A stretch of 20,571 nt of DNA from an uncultured Aquificales bacterium (GCA_964411615.1 CAYPLO010000019.1:1-20571); one strand, 5' to 3'. Positions 1-8,008 are shown, counted from the first letter of the stretch. Notes: a model not told the origin generated them from the letters alone. Numbers and translations: made by a program.

Positions 1-1
1 A

Positions 2-112
2 CAGGGGTGGCGGACTGCACCCATGTCAACCCCACCCCTGCCGCCGCCATGCAACCCCGATGGGGAATAAGTGGGGAGGCTAACAGAGCCTAAAGGGGAG
101 GCCAGCCCGGAG
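2..112. other. Structured GC-rich non-coding stretch, possibly part of an ncRNA cut by the window edge
   Basis: Perfect 9-bp inverted repeat CAGGGGTGG (2-10)/CCACCCCTG (32-40), plus small hairpins at 55-65 and 78-90. Lies directly downstream of tRNA-Arg. No convincing ORF. Confidence 0.3.
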
Positions 113-124
113 CAACAAAAAACC

Positions 125-201
125 TGGCGCGGCAGGGAGGACTCGAACCCCCGACCTGCGGATTAGAAGTCCGCTGCTCTATCCAGCTGAGCTACTGCCG
201 C
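125..201 (-). tRNA. tRNA-Arg (anticodon UCU), CCA encoded
   Basis: Reverse complement GCGGCAG-TAGCTCAGCTGGATAGAGC-A-GCGGA CT TCT AA TCCGC-AGGTC-GGGGG TTCGAGT CCTCC-CTGCCGC-G-CCA folds as a full cloverleaf. Confidence 0.97.
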
Positions 202-215
202 GCCCTCTATAACAA

Positions 216-290
216 TCGGGGCGGCCAGATTCGAACTGGCGACCCCCTGCTCCCAAGGCAGGTGCGCTGACCAGGCTGCGCCACGCCCCG
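216..290 (-). tRNA. tRNA-Pro (anticodon UGG), CCA not encoded
   Basis: Reverse complement CGGGGCG-TGGCGCAGCCTGGTCAGCGC-A-CCTGC CT TGG GA GCAGG-GGGTC-GCCAG TTCGAAT CTGGC-CGCCCCG-A. C1-G72 and A73 are typical of bacterial tRNA-Pro. Confidence 0.97.
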
Positions 291-306
291 TGTTCTGGCG
301 GTAAGT

Positions 307-335
307 TATATATGGCAACTTTACAACACCGTCAA
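307..335 (-). promoter_or_regulatory. Putative sigma70 promoter of the tRNA-Pro/tRNA-Arg pair
   Basis: Minus strand TTGACG (335-330), 17-bp spacer, TATATA (312-307), ending 16 nt upstream of the tRNA-Pro 5' end. Confidence 0.55.
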
Positions 336-356
336 TACCTGCTTATTTAGCTTTAC

Positions 357-797
357 ATGAGGATAAAGGTGGACAAAGAAGGGAGATGGTTCTCCTCCCA
401 GGGTGAGATAACCCATCCTGGAGTCAAAAGGTACTTTCAGAGCATTCTCCATGAGAGGGACGGAGAGTACATGCTGGACAATGGTAGGGAGCAGATACCG
501 GTGAAGGCAGAAGGGTTCATCTTCTTTGTGGAAGCCATAAGGGAGAGGGAGTGGAAGGGTAAGCCCTGGATATGGTTGGTGATAAACGATGGAACGGAGG
601 AACCACTGAAGGTTGAAAGTTTAAGACTGCTTCCAGATAACAGCTTTGTGTGTAGCATCAAAAATGGCAGGTTCAAGGCCAAATTCACGCTCTCTTCCTA
701 CTGGCAGCTGGTTGAGCATATAGTTGAGGAAAATGGCAGATTCTATATAAAAATAGGAGATGAACTCTACCCCGTGATGGAGGAAGGGGATGATTAA
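357..797 (+). CDS. DUF1285-like hypothetical protein
   Basis: 146 aa. The pattern IKVDKEGRWF..GEITHP..YF.SIL...Y.L....EQIPV.AE resembles DUF1285 proteins. Overlaps the galU start and contains its SD. Confidence 0.65.
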   Translation: MRIKVDKEGRWFSSQGEITHPGVKRYFQSILHERDGEYMLDNGREQIPVKAEGFIFFVEAIREREWKGKPWIWLVINDGTEEPLKVESLRLLPDNSFVCSIKNGRFKAKFTLSSYWQLVEHIVEENGRFYIKIGDELYPVMEEGDD

Positions 798-1650
798 AAA
801 GGCCGTCTTTCCCGTAGCTGGACTGGGAACCAGATTTCTCCCTGCCACAAAGGCCATACCTAAGGAGATGATAAATCTGGTGGATAAGCCACTTATACAA
901 TACACAGTTGAAGAGGCAAAGTCCTCAGGGATAGAGACCATCATATTTGTAACCGGTAGAGGAAAAAGGGCTATAGAGGACCACTTTGATGCAAATCCTG
1001 AGCTTGAAGAGACCCTCAGTAAAACTGGCAAAGAGGAGTTGCTTAAGGAGATTAAAAGGGTCTCTTCCATGATTGAGGTGGTGAGTGTAAGGCAGAAGCG
1101 TCCACTGGGACTCGGACACGCAGTACTGCAGGCAAAACACCTGATAAAAGATGAACCCTTTGCAGTCATACTTCCCGATGACATCGTAGATGCAGAGGTG
1201 CCATGCATAAAACAGCTAATAAATACTTACGAAAGATTCAAGGCTCCAGTAATAGCTTTGAAGAAGGTCCCTGAAGAGGAGGTTTCAAGATACGGCGTTG
1301 TGAAGGGTAAAGAGGTAGAGGAGGGGCTATTCCTCATTGAGGATATGGTGGAAAAGCCAAGACCGGAGGAGGCTCCATCTAACTACGCCATAATAGGTAG
1401 ATACATCCTCACACCATCGGTCTTTGAAAAGCTTGAGGAGACGGAACCGGGGGCGGGAGGGGAGATACAGCTCACAGACGCACTGAAAAAGATGGCACAG
1501 GAAGGGCCCTTTTACGGAGTGGTATTTGAAGGGACCCACTTTGACTGTGGCAATAAACTGGGCTTTTTAAAAGCCACAGTCCACTTCGCACTGAAGGACC
1601 CGAGATTCAAGATGGACTTCCTCGACTACTTGAGAACGCTGGTGCTTTAG
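790..1650 (+). CDS. galU: UTP--glucose-1-phosphate uridylyltransferase
   Basis: KKAVFPVAGLGTRFLPATKAIPKEM, RQKRPLGLGHAV, VEKP, GAGGEIQLTDA and FDCGNKLG motifs. Confidence 0.97.
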   Translation: MIKKAVFPVAGLGTRFLPATKAIPKEMINLVDKPLIQYTVEEAKSSGIETIIFVTGRGKRAIEDHFDANPELEETLSKTGKEELLKEIKRVSSMIEVVSVRQKRPLGLGHAVLQAKHLIKDEPFAVILPDDIVDAEVPCIKQLINTYERFKAPVIALKKVPEEEVSRYGVVKGKEVEEGLFLIEDMVEKPRPEEAPSNYAIIGRYILTPSVFEKLEETEPGAGGEIQLTDALKKMAQEGPFYGVVFEGTHFDCGNKLGFLKATVHFALKDPRFKMDFLDYLRTLVL

Positions 1651-1655
1651 GAACC

Positions 1656-2669
1656 TTGAAGGTGCAGGAGTTTGACTACCACCTGCCCCGGGAGCTCATA
1701 GCCCAGTATCCCGTAGAGCCACGAGATGCCTCCCGCATGATGGTGCTTCACAGGGATACGAAACGCATAGAGCACAGAGTCTTCAGAGAGATAGCCCATA
1801 TACTGGATGACTCTTACGTTCTCGTTCTGAACAACACGAGGGTTATTCCCGCAAGGCTAAAAGGCCGAAAGGAGACAGGGGCAAAGGTTGAGCTGCTACT
1901 GGTGAGAAGGGTAGATGAAGACCAGTGGGAATGTATGGTAAGGCCGGCAAAGAGGCTCAAAAAGGGGGCGAAGGTCCTGCTGGATTCAAGTCTGACGGGA
2001 ACCATTGAGGAGGAGCTGGAGGAGGGAAGGCGCATCGTCAGGTTCCAGCCACCCGGAGAGCTTGATAAAAGACTCAACCAGATAGGAGAGGTTCCCCTGC
2101 CTCCCTACATAGAGAGGGAGGCCACACCTTACGACAGAGAGCGTTACCAGACAGTCTTTGCCTTAAAGAACGGTTCCGTCGCCGCTCCAACAGCAGGATT
2201 GCACTTCACCGAAGACACCTTAAGAAGGCTGAAAGATAGAGGTGTTGAGATACTCTATGTAACGTTACATGTAGGACCAGGCACCTTCAAGCCCGTGAAG
2301 ACGGAACACGTGGAAGAGCACAGGATGGATGCAGAGTACTACGAGATACCTGAGGATGTGGTTGACAGACTACTATCGGCCAAGGCCGAGGGTAAAAAGA
2401 TACTGGCCTGCGGAACCACCGTCGTAAGGACCCTTGAGAGCTTTGCGCAGACCGGAAAGACCAGGGGCTGGACAGACCTGTTCATATACCCCGGATACAA
2501 CTTCAGGATGGTGGATGCCCTGCTGACCAACTTCCACCTTCCCAAATCCACCCTCATAATGCTGGTCTGCGCCTTTGCGGGAAAAGATTTTATAATGGAG
2601 GCTTACAATGAGGCTATCAAGAGGCGCTATCGTTTCTACTCTTACGGCGATTGTATGCTTATACTTTAG
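1656..2669 (+). CDS. queA: S-adenosylmethionine:tRNA ribosyltransferase-isomerase
   Basis: FDYHLPRELIAQYP, NNTRVIPARL, PLPPYI, YQTVFA, GSVAAPTAGLHFT, LHVGPGTF, TNFHLPKSTL and YRFYSYGDCM motifs. TTG start. Confidence 0.97.
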   Translation: MKVQEFDYHLPRELIAQYPVEPRDASRMMVLHRDTKRIEHRVFREIAHILDDSYVLVLNNTRVIPARLKGRKETGAKVELLLVRRVDEDQWECMVRPAKRLKKGAKVLLDSSLTGTIEEELEEGRRIVRFQPPGELDKRLNQIGEVPLPPYIEREATPYDRERYQTVFALKNGSVAAPTAGLHFTEDTLRRLKDRGVEILYVTLHVGPGTFKPVKTEHVEEHRMDAEYYEIPEDVVDRLLSAKAEGKKILACGTTVVRTLESFAQTGKTRGWTDLFIYPGYNFRMVDALLTNFHLPKSTLIMLVCAFAGKDFIMEAYNEAIKRRYRFYSYGDCMLIL

Positions 2670-3132
2670 CTTAGCCTTTGGAGATGTAAGGGTATTCTTC
2701 AGTCCAAATGGTGGATGTACAGACGCGGTGATTTACGAGATTAATAGGGCCAGAAAGAGTATAGACGTTGCCATGTACGCCTTCACATCACGTCCCATAG
2801 CAAGAGCATTGGTGGATGCCCACAGAAGGGGTGTGAGGGTCAGGGTGATAATGGATAAAAAATTTGCCGAAAAGAGCAGATTCTCAAAGCACATATACCT
2901 CATGAAGAGGGGAATTCCTGTAAAGCTCGTATCACCTCCTCCAGGTGTGAGGGGAAGGGTGGGCCTCATGCACCATAAGTTTGCGGTTATAGATGGTAGG
3001 GTGCTGCTAACGGGCTCATTCAACTGGACGGCCTCTGCTGAGAAGCTGAACTACGAAAACCTGCTGGTCTTCCACTCTGAAGAGATGGCGGCTATATACG
3101 AAAGGGAGTTCAACAGAATCTGGAACAGATGA
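2608..3132 (+). CDS. Exported phospholipase D-superfamily protein with a single HKD motif (Nuc/Zucchini-like nuclease)
   Basis: One HxKxxxxD motif followed by GSxN (MHHKFAVIDGRVLLTGSFNWT), VFFSPNGG, IDVAMYAFT and NYENLL. N-terminal signal peptide ending in AFG. GGAGG at 2597-2601. Confidence 0.88.
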   Translation: MRLSRGAIVSTLTAIVCLYFSLAFGDVRVFFSPNGGCTDAVIYEINRARKSIDVAMYAFTSRPIARALVDAHRRGVRVRVIMDKKFAEKSRFSKHIYLMKRGIPVKLVSPPPGVRGRVGLMHHKFAVIDGRVLLTGSFNWTASAEKLNYENLLVFHSEEMAAIYEREFNRIWNR

Positions 3133-3512
3133 AAAGGACCATAGGCATAGGGCTGTTCATAGTGGTGGCTGCCGTCTCCTTCTACCTTCACTTCAACAAG
3201 GTGGCCCACACCTACATGACCATGAGGGTGGATACGGGAAAGGTTGTGGAAGGCAGGTCCCACGCCACAGTCAACGGAGACCTCTGCAGCCAACTTGCAA
3301 GATACGAGGGCAGGTTTGTGGGAATAACGGGAACGGTAAAGAGGGTAAAAGGCAACAAGGTGGAGCTTGGATGCCTCCTCATCGTTATACACACAGCAGA
3401 AAAGCCCCGCTTAGAGGAAGGGGATAGGATATACGCTGAGGGATTCATAAAATCAGACAGAGGGATGTTCTACGTAGATATTTGGGATGAGAACAACTTG
3501 AGAAAGAGGTAG
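3129..3512 (+). CDS. Membrane-anchored hypothetical protein with a probable OB fold
   Basis: N-terminal hydrophobic helix, then YEGRFVGITGTVKRV...LEEGDRIYAEGFI, a beta pattern typical of OB folds. ATGA overlap with the PLD gene. Confidence 0.6.
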   Translation: MKRTIGIGLFIVVAAVSFYLHFNKVAHTYMTMRVDTGKVVEGRSHATVNGDLCSQLARYEGRFVGITGTVKRVKGNKVELGCLLIVIHTAEKPRLEEGDRIYAEGFIKSDRGMFYVDIWDENNLRKR

Positions 3513-3528
3513 GGGGGACAGGCCCCCC
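3512..3528. terminator. GC hairpin between convergent operons (possible bidirectional terminator)
   Basis: GGGGGG-ACAGG-CCCCCC between the stops at 3512 (+) and 3535 (-). No clear U tract. Confidence 0.4.
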
Positions 3529-3534
3529 ACAGTC

Positions 3535-4068
3535 TCACGGAGGTACAAAGTCCAAGTGGAACTCAAGCTTCATCTTGTCATCGGGCCACCACTTGCGCTG
3601 CTTCATCTCACCGGGATAGACCTCAATCTCCTCGTACTCCGGAACCTTCCTGGTCTCCTGGATGGCCTCCATGGTCTCTATATCCTCCTGGCTTCTGGCC
3701 TCATCTGCCATGGAGACCGTCTCCTCCTTATAGCCCTTGAGCCTCTTAATCTTCTGTATCTCAAACTCTATGAAGTGGAACTCCGTCAGCTGGAACTTGA
3801 CTATCGCAGAGCCAGGAATAACCACGGCGTACCCCGTCTCCTTAGCGGTGGGCCACTCAACATCAAGGTTAGGTTCGTGGGTCACCTCACCGTTGTAGTT
3901 GTAAACCTTCAATAGTTTTCCGCAGATAACGTCTCCAGGCTTAACCTGATACTCCTCGTAAAGCTCCTTGGGAAGGTACCACCATATGGCTCTATATCCC
4001 GTCTTCACGTATCCTCTAACAAGCATGGGGTCAAATCCACACAACACTACTCTACACCTTTCCGGCAT
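3535..4068 (-). CDS. Hypothetical protein with duplicated AbrB/cradle-loop-barrel-like element (gene 6 of the CoA-transferase operon)
   Basis: ATG at 4068 preceded by AGGAGG with a 6-nt spacer. Internal repeat TGYRAIWWYLPKELYEEYQVKPGDVI / TGYAVVIPGSAIVKFQLTEFHFI. Confidence 0.75.
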   Translation of the reverse strand: MPERCRVVLCGFDPMLVRGYVKTGYRAIWWYLPKELYEEYQVKPGDVICGKLLKVYNYNGEVTHEPNLDVEWPTAKETGYAVVIPGSAIVKFQLTEFHFIEFEIQKIKRLKGYKEETVSMADEARSQEDIETMEAIQETRKVPEYEEIEVYPGEMKQRKWWPDDKMKLEFHLDFVPP

Positions 4069-4408
4069 CGCCAACCTCCTGAGAAGATTCTATTCTTTTT
4101 ATGTAGTCCCCCAGCTCCTCCACCTGAGAGGCACAGAAGCCCATAAACTCATCATACTCCTCAATGGTGATGTATCCGCACATCACCATCCTGTAGATGT
4201 AGGGGGAGGCAAGCTCCCTCACCTCAGACCACAGCTCCTCGCAGAGGAACATGCCTCCCCCAAGCTCATCGGCCTGTCTCATGTAAGATTCCTTCCAGCC
4301 CACTATCATCTGCTTTACCGCCTCTATCTCCGCTAGAACCTTCTCCTTTGGGAGCTGGGGGACCTTCCCCAGCACGTACCGGGGTTTACTTCTTTGCCTC
4401 ATAGGCAT
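4052..4408 (-). CDS. Hypothetical helical protein (gene 5 of the operon)
   Basis: 118 aa, overlapping both neighbours. AAGGAG upstream; the start may be 4408 or 4402. Acidic amphipathic helices, 3 Cys. Confidence 0.7.
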   Translation of the reverse strand: MPMRQRSKPRYVLGKVPQLPKEKVLAEIEAVKQMIVGWKESYMRQADELGGGMFLCEELWSEVRELASPYIYRMVMCGYITIEEYDEFMGFCASQVEELGDYIKRIESSQEVGDAGKV

Positions 4409-4622
4409 AGCACTCCTTAATCACGTACTTTTCAGGAACCACCCAGTAGAAGGGCCAGTGTATCTTCTTGCAGTATCCGATTATATCGGCCGGAGGAAAG
4501 CTGGAGCCCTTGAGCACAGGCTTGAAGTACTTGCACTTCCAGCATATATGGTCCGACTGCTTCTCAGGCTCCAGGATTGAGTCCAGAAACTCAACCGGCG
4601 TCATCTCCCTCTTATCTACCAT
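4386..4622 (-). CDS. Small four-cysteine protein, putative [4Fe-4S] BssB/BssC-like subunit (gene 4 of the operon)
   Basis: 78 aa with GGAGGT SD. Cys27/30/51/71 = CX2CX20CX19C in the context CWKCKYFKP...IIGYC...YWVV...ECYAYE. Confidence 0.7.
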   Translation of the reverse strand: MVDKREMTPVEFLDSILEPEKQSDHICWKCKYFKPVLKGSSFPPADIIGYCKKIHWPFYWVVPEKYVIKECYAYEAKK

Positions 4623-4633
4623 GGTTTACCTCC

Positions 4634-5101
4634 CTACCAGTCTCTAACTTCGCCCTTTTTCTTCTTCTCAAGGAACTCCTGCCAGACCTCAGGGGACAGC
4701 TTCTCTATGTCCCACTTGAATCCGTGGGAACCAGCTATACCGGCAGATGGCGGCTGGGGAGCCCAGGCCCTCATGGGATAGCCACGTATGCTGAACTTCC
4801 TGTGGTCCGCCTTACCGAGGTATATCTCCCTGGGCAGGCAGTTGTAAGGCCTGGTCTTGCCAGGGGTGCCCGGAGGAATCTTCTCATAACCGTTGTTGGG
4901 CTTGTCTGCATAAAGGGGCAGTATGTCAGGCTCCTCTCCCGGTCTCTCCTCAGGACCTTTGTACATGTGGCCCTGAATCATATGTATGTAGTAAACTGTG
5001 TCACATCCCGCGCACTTTATCTTCCCCTCCCAGTTCCAGAAGTTGAAGGGGTCAAGGTAGTTGACCGTATCACACTTTTTGCACCAGATTATATCACACA
5101 T
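4634..5101 (-). CDS. Zinc-ribbon/rubredoxin-knuckle protein (gene 3 of the operon)
   Basis: 155 aa with GGAGGT SD. Two CxxC knuckles, CKKCDTVNY and CAGCDTVYY, followed by a Pro/Gly-rich tail. Confidence 0.78.
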   Translation of the reverse strand: MCDIIWCKKCDTVNYLDPFNFWNWEGKIKCAGCDTVYYIHMIQGHMYKGPEERPGEEPDILPLYADKPNNGYEKIPPGTPGKTRPYNCLPREIYLGKADHRKFSIRGYPMRAWAPQPPSAGIAGSHGFKWDIEKLSPEVWQEFLEKKKKGEVRDW

Positions 5102-5114
5102 GCCAGCACCTCCC

Positions 5115-6527
5115 TTAGATGAGTCCTCTCTTATACCACTCCTCTATCTGGCTGATGGGATAGCCCAGCATCTCGTGGTATATCTTCACATTATCGGCTC
5201 CCACCGGCCTGAAGTCCCAGTATTTACGCCTGGGGGTCTTGGACATGAGACCGCAGGAGTAGGTGGACTGGACCAGCTGGTCACCGAAGATGGGGTCAAA
5301 CTGCCACCTGATGGTGCCCCTCTCCCTGTAGTGGGGGCTCTCGTAGACCTCCTTGTCGTTGTAAACGGGCATGGCGAGAAGGCCTGCCTCAGTGAGTATC
5401 TTCACCACCTCGCTTCTGGACTTGTCGGCAGCCCACTTCTCAAGGGCATCGTAAATCTCCACCTGGGCCTCAGCCTCAACCCTGTCCTTGAACCTCTGGT
5501 ACTTCTGCCAGAGGTCCTCCCTCTTTATCACCTTGCACAGCTCCTTGAAGTCGTCATCCTGGAAGGCACTGACCATCACGTACCTGGCCTCGTCCCTCAG
5601 CTGGGGATTCTTGGCATCGGGATAGTCGGACTTACCGCAGATGATGATGCCGTGGACACAGAGCTGGGTATCCCAGTTGCCCCACCTCTGGCGCACTATA
5701 CCGAACCTGCCGTACAGCGGCACACCATAACCACAGCACCTGGTGGCACACTGGACCTGGGAGAACTCTATCATGGTACCAAGTCCAGTCTTGCGCCTCC
5801 AGTAGAGGGCAGCCAGGATAGCCACCGTAATCATGGTTCCGGAGTACCAGTCTATACACCAGTTGGTGTGCTTAACGGGGTGACCGCCAAAGTCCTCGTG
5901 GAAACCGGTTATGGAGGCAAGACCGGCGTGGGCCTGTCCCAGAATGTCGTAGGAACCACCGAAGACCTTGGGACCGTACCCGAATCCACCACCCCAGACA
6001 TAGATGAACCTGGGGTTAATCTCCTGGAGATACCTGTAGGACTGCTTCCAGCGGTCAAAGGTACCGGGCCTGTAGCACTCGGTTAGACCATCGCTCATCT
6101 TCACCAGCCTGTAGAAGGGCTCCTTCATATCCTCATGGTGGTAGTCCATAGTGATGAAGTACTCGTTAACATTGGCGTTCACACAGCCTATTCCCTGTCC
6201 GGTAAGGGGCCTCTCGTCGTGCAGAGGATAGTAGTAACACTCGTTGAAGGGAGAGGTGTGCTTCATGGGGTCGCCCATCCTGGGCATCTCAATCTTCACA
6301 ACCTCCGCTCCAAGCTCCGCAAGGTTTGAGACAGAGTGAGGGGTGAAGATGTACATGGTACAGCTCATCCAGCGAATTCCTTGAAGGGCAGCGGGCTTCT
6401 CAAACTCCCTTCCAGGCTCAAAGACCATCTTACAGTACTCTTCAAAGGGAACCTTATTGGCATCAAGCTCCTCTTTGGACTTGGGTCCAGGCTGCTCCTC
6501 AATTGGTATTCTCTCCTTATCCACCAT
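5115..6527 (-). CDS. Class III (CaiB/BaiF/Frc family) CoA-transferase, divergent subunit B
   Basis: [50 protein letters not shown], putative catalytic Asp in [26 protein letters not shown] coupling to the upstream gene. Confidence 0.9.
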   Translation of the reverse strand: MVDKERIPIEEQPGPKSKEELDANKVPFEEYCKMVFEPGREFEKPAALQGIRWMSCTMYIFTPHSVSNLAELGAEVVKIEMPRMGDPMKHTSPFNECYYYPLHDERPLTGQGIGCVNANVNEYFITMDYHHEDMKEPFYRLVKMSDGLTECYRPGTFDRWKQSYRYLQEINPRFIYVWGGGFGYGPKVFGGSYDILGQAHAGLASITGFHEDFGGHPVKHTNWCIDWYSGTMITVAILAALYWRRKTGLGTMIEFSQVQCATRCCGYGVPLYGRFGIVRQRWGNWDTQLCVHGIIICGKSDYPDAKNPQLRDEARYVMVSAFQDDDFKELCKVIKREDLWQKYQRFKDRVEAEAQVEIYDALEKWAADKSRSEVVKILTEAGLLAMPVYNDKEVYESPHYRERGTIRWQFDPIFGDQLVQSTYSCGLMSKTPRRKYWDFRPVGADNVKIYHEMLGYPISQIEEWYKRGLI

Positions 6528-8008
6528 CACACTACCCCCTTCTCTTTAAGTTCTCTCAACTTAAGCTGGTCTATTCCAAGGTACTTCATGTAAATCTCCT
6601 CGTTGTCCTTACCCAGTGGCCTGCCCAGCCACTTGACCCTGGCAGGGGTCCTCATCTGGTAGGCACCGGGAGGTGTGGCGTAGAGTATGGTTCCGTAGTG
6701 CTCATCCTCAATGGTGTAAACCCATGGTCTGTACTTGAAGTGGGGGAACTCACAGGTCTCGTCTATATAGAGCAGCGGTCCAGCAGCGATATCGTACTCA
6801 AGCAGCTTCTGCTCTGCCTCAATCCTGTTGACGTTCCTCAGCCACCTGGTGGTGAGGGTGTAGGTCTTAACAAGGGCCTCAAGGGCGTTTCTCGCGGCAA
6901 CCTCCTTAAGGGCCGGGTCCTCTGTGATGAGTCTTCCGAACTCGGGCTCGTCCCTCTCAATACACATACAGATTCTGTACCAGAGCCTGTCGGTCTGGCC
7001 ACCAATCATCATGTAGCCGTCCTTACAGGGGTTCCAGGCGTACTGGTTCAGGTTGGGGTCCCAGGAACCTGTCCTCGCCTTGATGGAGGCGTTGAAGCCG
7101 TACCAGGTGATGTCAAAGTCCAGTATGTCCATCATGGCTTCGGCGGCGGTGACCTCAATGAACTGCCCCTCACCGCTCACCTCATCCCTCCAGTAGAGGG
7201 CAGCCAGGGCGTTCACCGCAGCCTGCTCTCCAGCCACATAGTCGGCCAGCCACACACCGGACCTGGTGGGGTCTCCACCTTTGCCTCTGGGCATCAGGTC
7301 AGGGGGATAACCCGTATTGTGGACGAAGGAGCACGCACACTGTCCGAAGGGCTCAAGCATCCACTGGCCAAACTTGGAGACCCTGTCCTTCCAGGGACCC
7401 CACTGACCAACCTGCCCTATCCATACGTAGATGAGACGGGGGTTAATCTGGGAAAGCTGCCTGTAGCCTATCCCCCTCTCGTCCATCCATCCGGGAGGAT
7501 ACCCCTCAAAGATGATATCAACCGTCTTCACCAGTCTCTTGTAAAGCTCACGCCCCTCCTCGGTCTCCAGGTTCAGGGTGATTGAGTACTTGTTCCTCAT
7601 CTCATGGATGAACTCCAGACCGCACTTCTCGCCGGTGTAGCGGTCCTCAAGCATGTACTCCTCTCTGCCGAAGGGGGTGAGCTTCCTCAGGGGGTCTCCC
7701 TCGGGGGGCTCAACCTTGATGACCTCCGCCCCCTGCTCCGCAAGAAGAGAGGCGGCAAACATGTGGCTGAGACGCCACAGCCCAACCTCCAGCACCCTCA
7801 CACCGGTCAGGGCCTCGGGCTTGCCCCAGGCCTTCTCAAAACGGAGGTTCTCCTCACACCACTTCCCAAACTCCTCCGCCTTCCTGGAGGCATAGACCTT
7901 CATCACCTCTTCCTGTGAGGGCGGCGGAGTGATGGGCCAAGGACGCTCCTCGTAGGAGGTCAGCTTCATAGCGTCCTCACGACTTTTGATAACCACTTCC
8001 TTAGCCAT
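6527..8008 (-). CDS. Class III (CaiB/BaiF/Frc family) CoA-transferase, divergent subunit A
   Basis: [47 protein letters not shown], putative catalytic Asp in [33 protein letters not shown] at 8018-8014 favours ATG 8008 over GTG 8011. Confidence 0.92.
   Translation of the reverse strand: MAKEVVIKSREDAMKLTSYEERPWPITPPPSQEEVMKVYASRKAEEFGKWCEENLRFEKAWGKPEALTGVRVLEVGLWRLSHMFAASLLAEQGAEVIKVEPPEGDPLRKLTPFGREEYMLEDRYTGEKCGLEFIHEMRNKYSITLNLETEEGRELYKRLVKTVDIIFEGYPPGWMDERGIGYRQLSQINPRLIYVWIGQVGQWGPWKDRVSKFGQWMLEPFGQCACSFVHNTGYPPDLMPRGKGGDPTRSGVWLADYVAGEQAAVNALAALYWRDEVSGEGQFIEVTAAEAMMDILDFDITWYGFNASIKARTGSWDPNLNQYAWNPCKDGYMMIGGQTDRLWYRICMCIERDEPEFGRLITEDPALKEVAARNALEALVKTYTLTTRWLRNVNRIEAEQKLLEYDIAAGPLLYIDETCEFPHFKYRPWVYTIEDEHYGTILYATPPGAYQMRTPARVKWLGRPLGKDNEEIYMKYLGIDQLKLRELKEKGVV

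Noticed and set aside
24..29. Perfect TTGACA on the minus strand
   Set aside because: No -10 element at a 17-bp spacing, and it lies in the loop of a hairpin.
2591..2596. Perfect TATAAT just before the PLD gene's SD
   Set aside because: A start 7 nt downstream would exclude the SD, and there is no good -35. Probably a by-product of queA codons.
4577..7918. Long plus-strand ORFs (181, 341, 360 and 104 aa) opposite the CoA-transferase operon
   Set aside because: Antisense shadows of strongly codon-biased genes. No motifs, and the L/V/G/P/H-rich composition is typical of reverse frames.
5115..8008. Naming the pair bbsE/bbsF, frc or caiB
   Set aside because: Family membership is clear, but the proteins are long and divergent, and no bss/bbs, oxc or cai pathway genes are adjacent. 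A specific name is unsupported.
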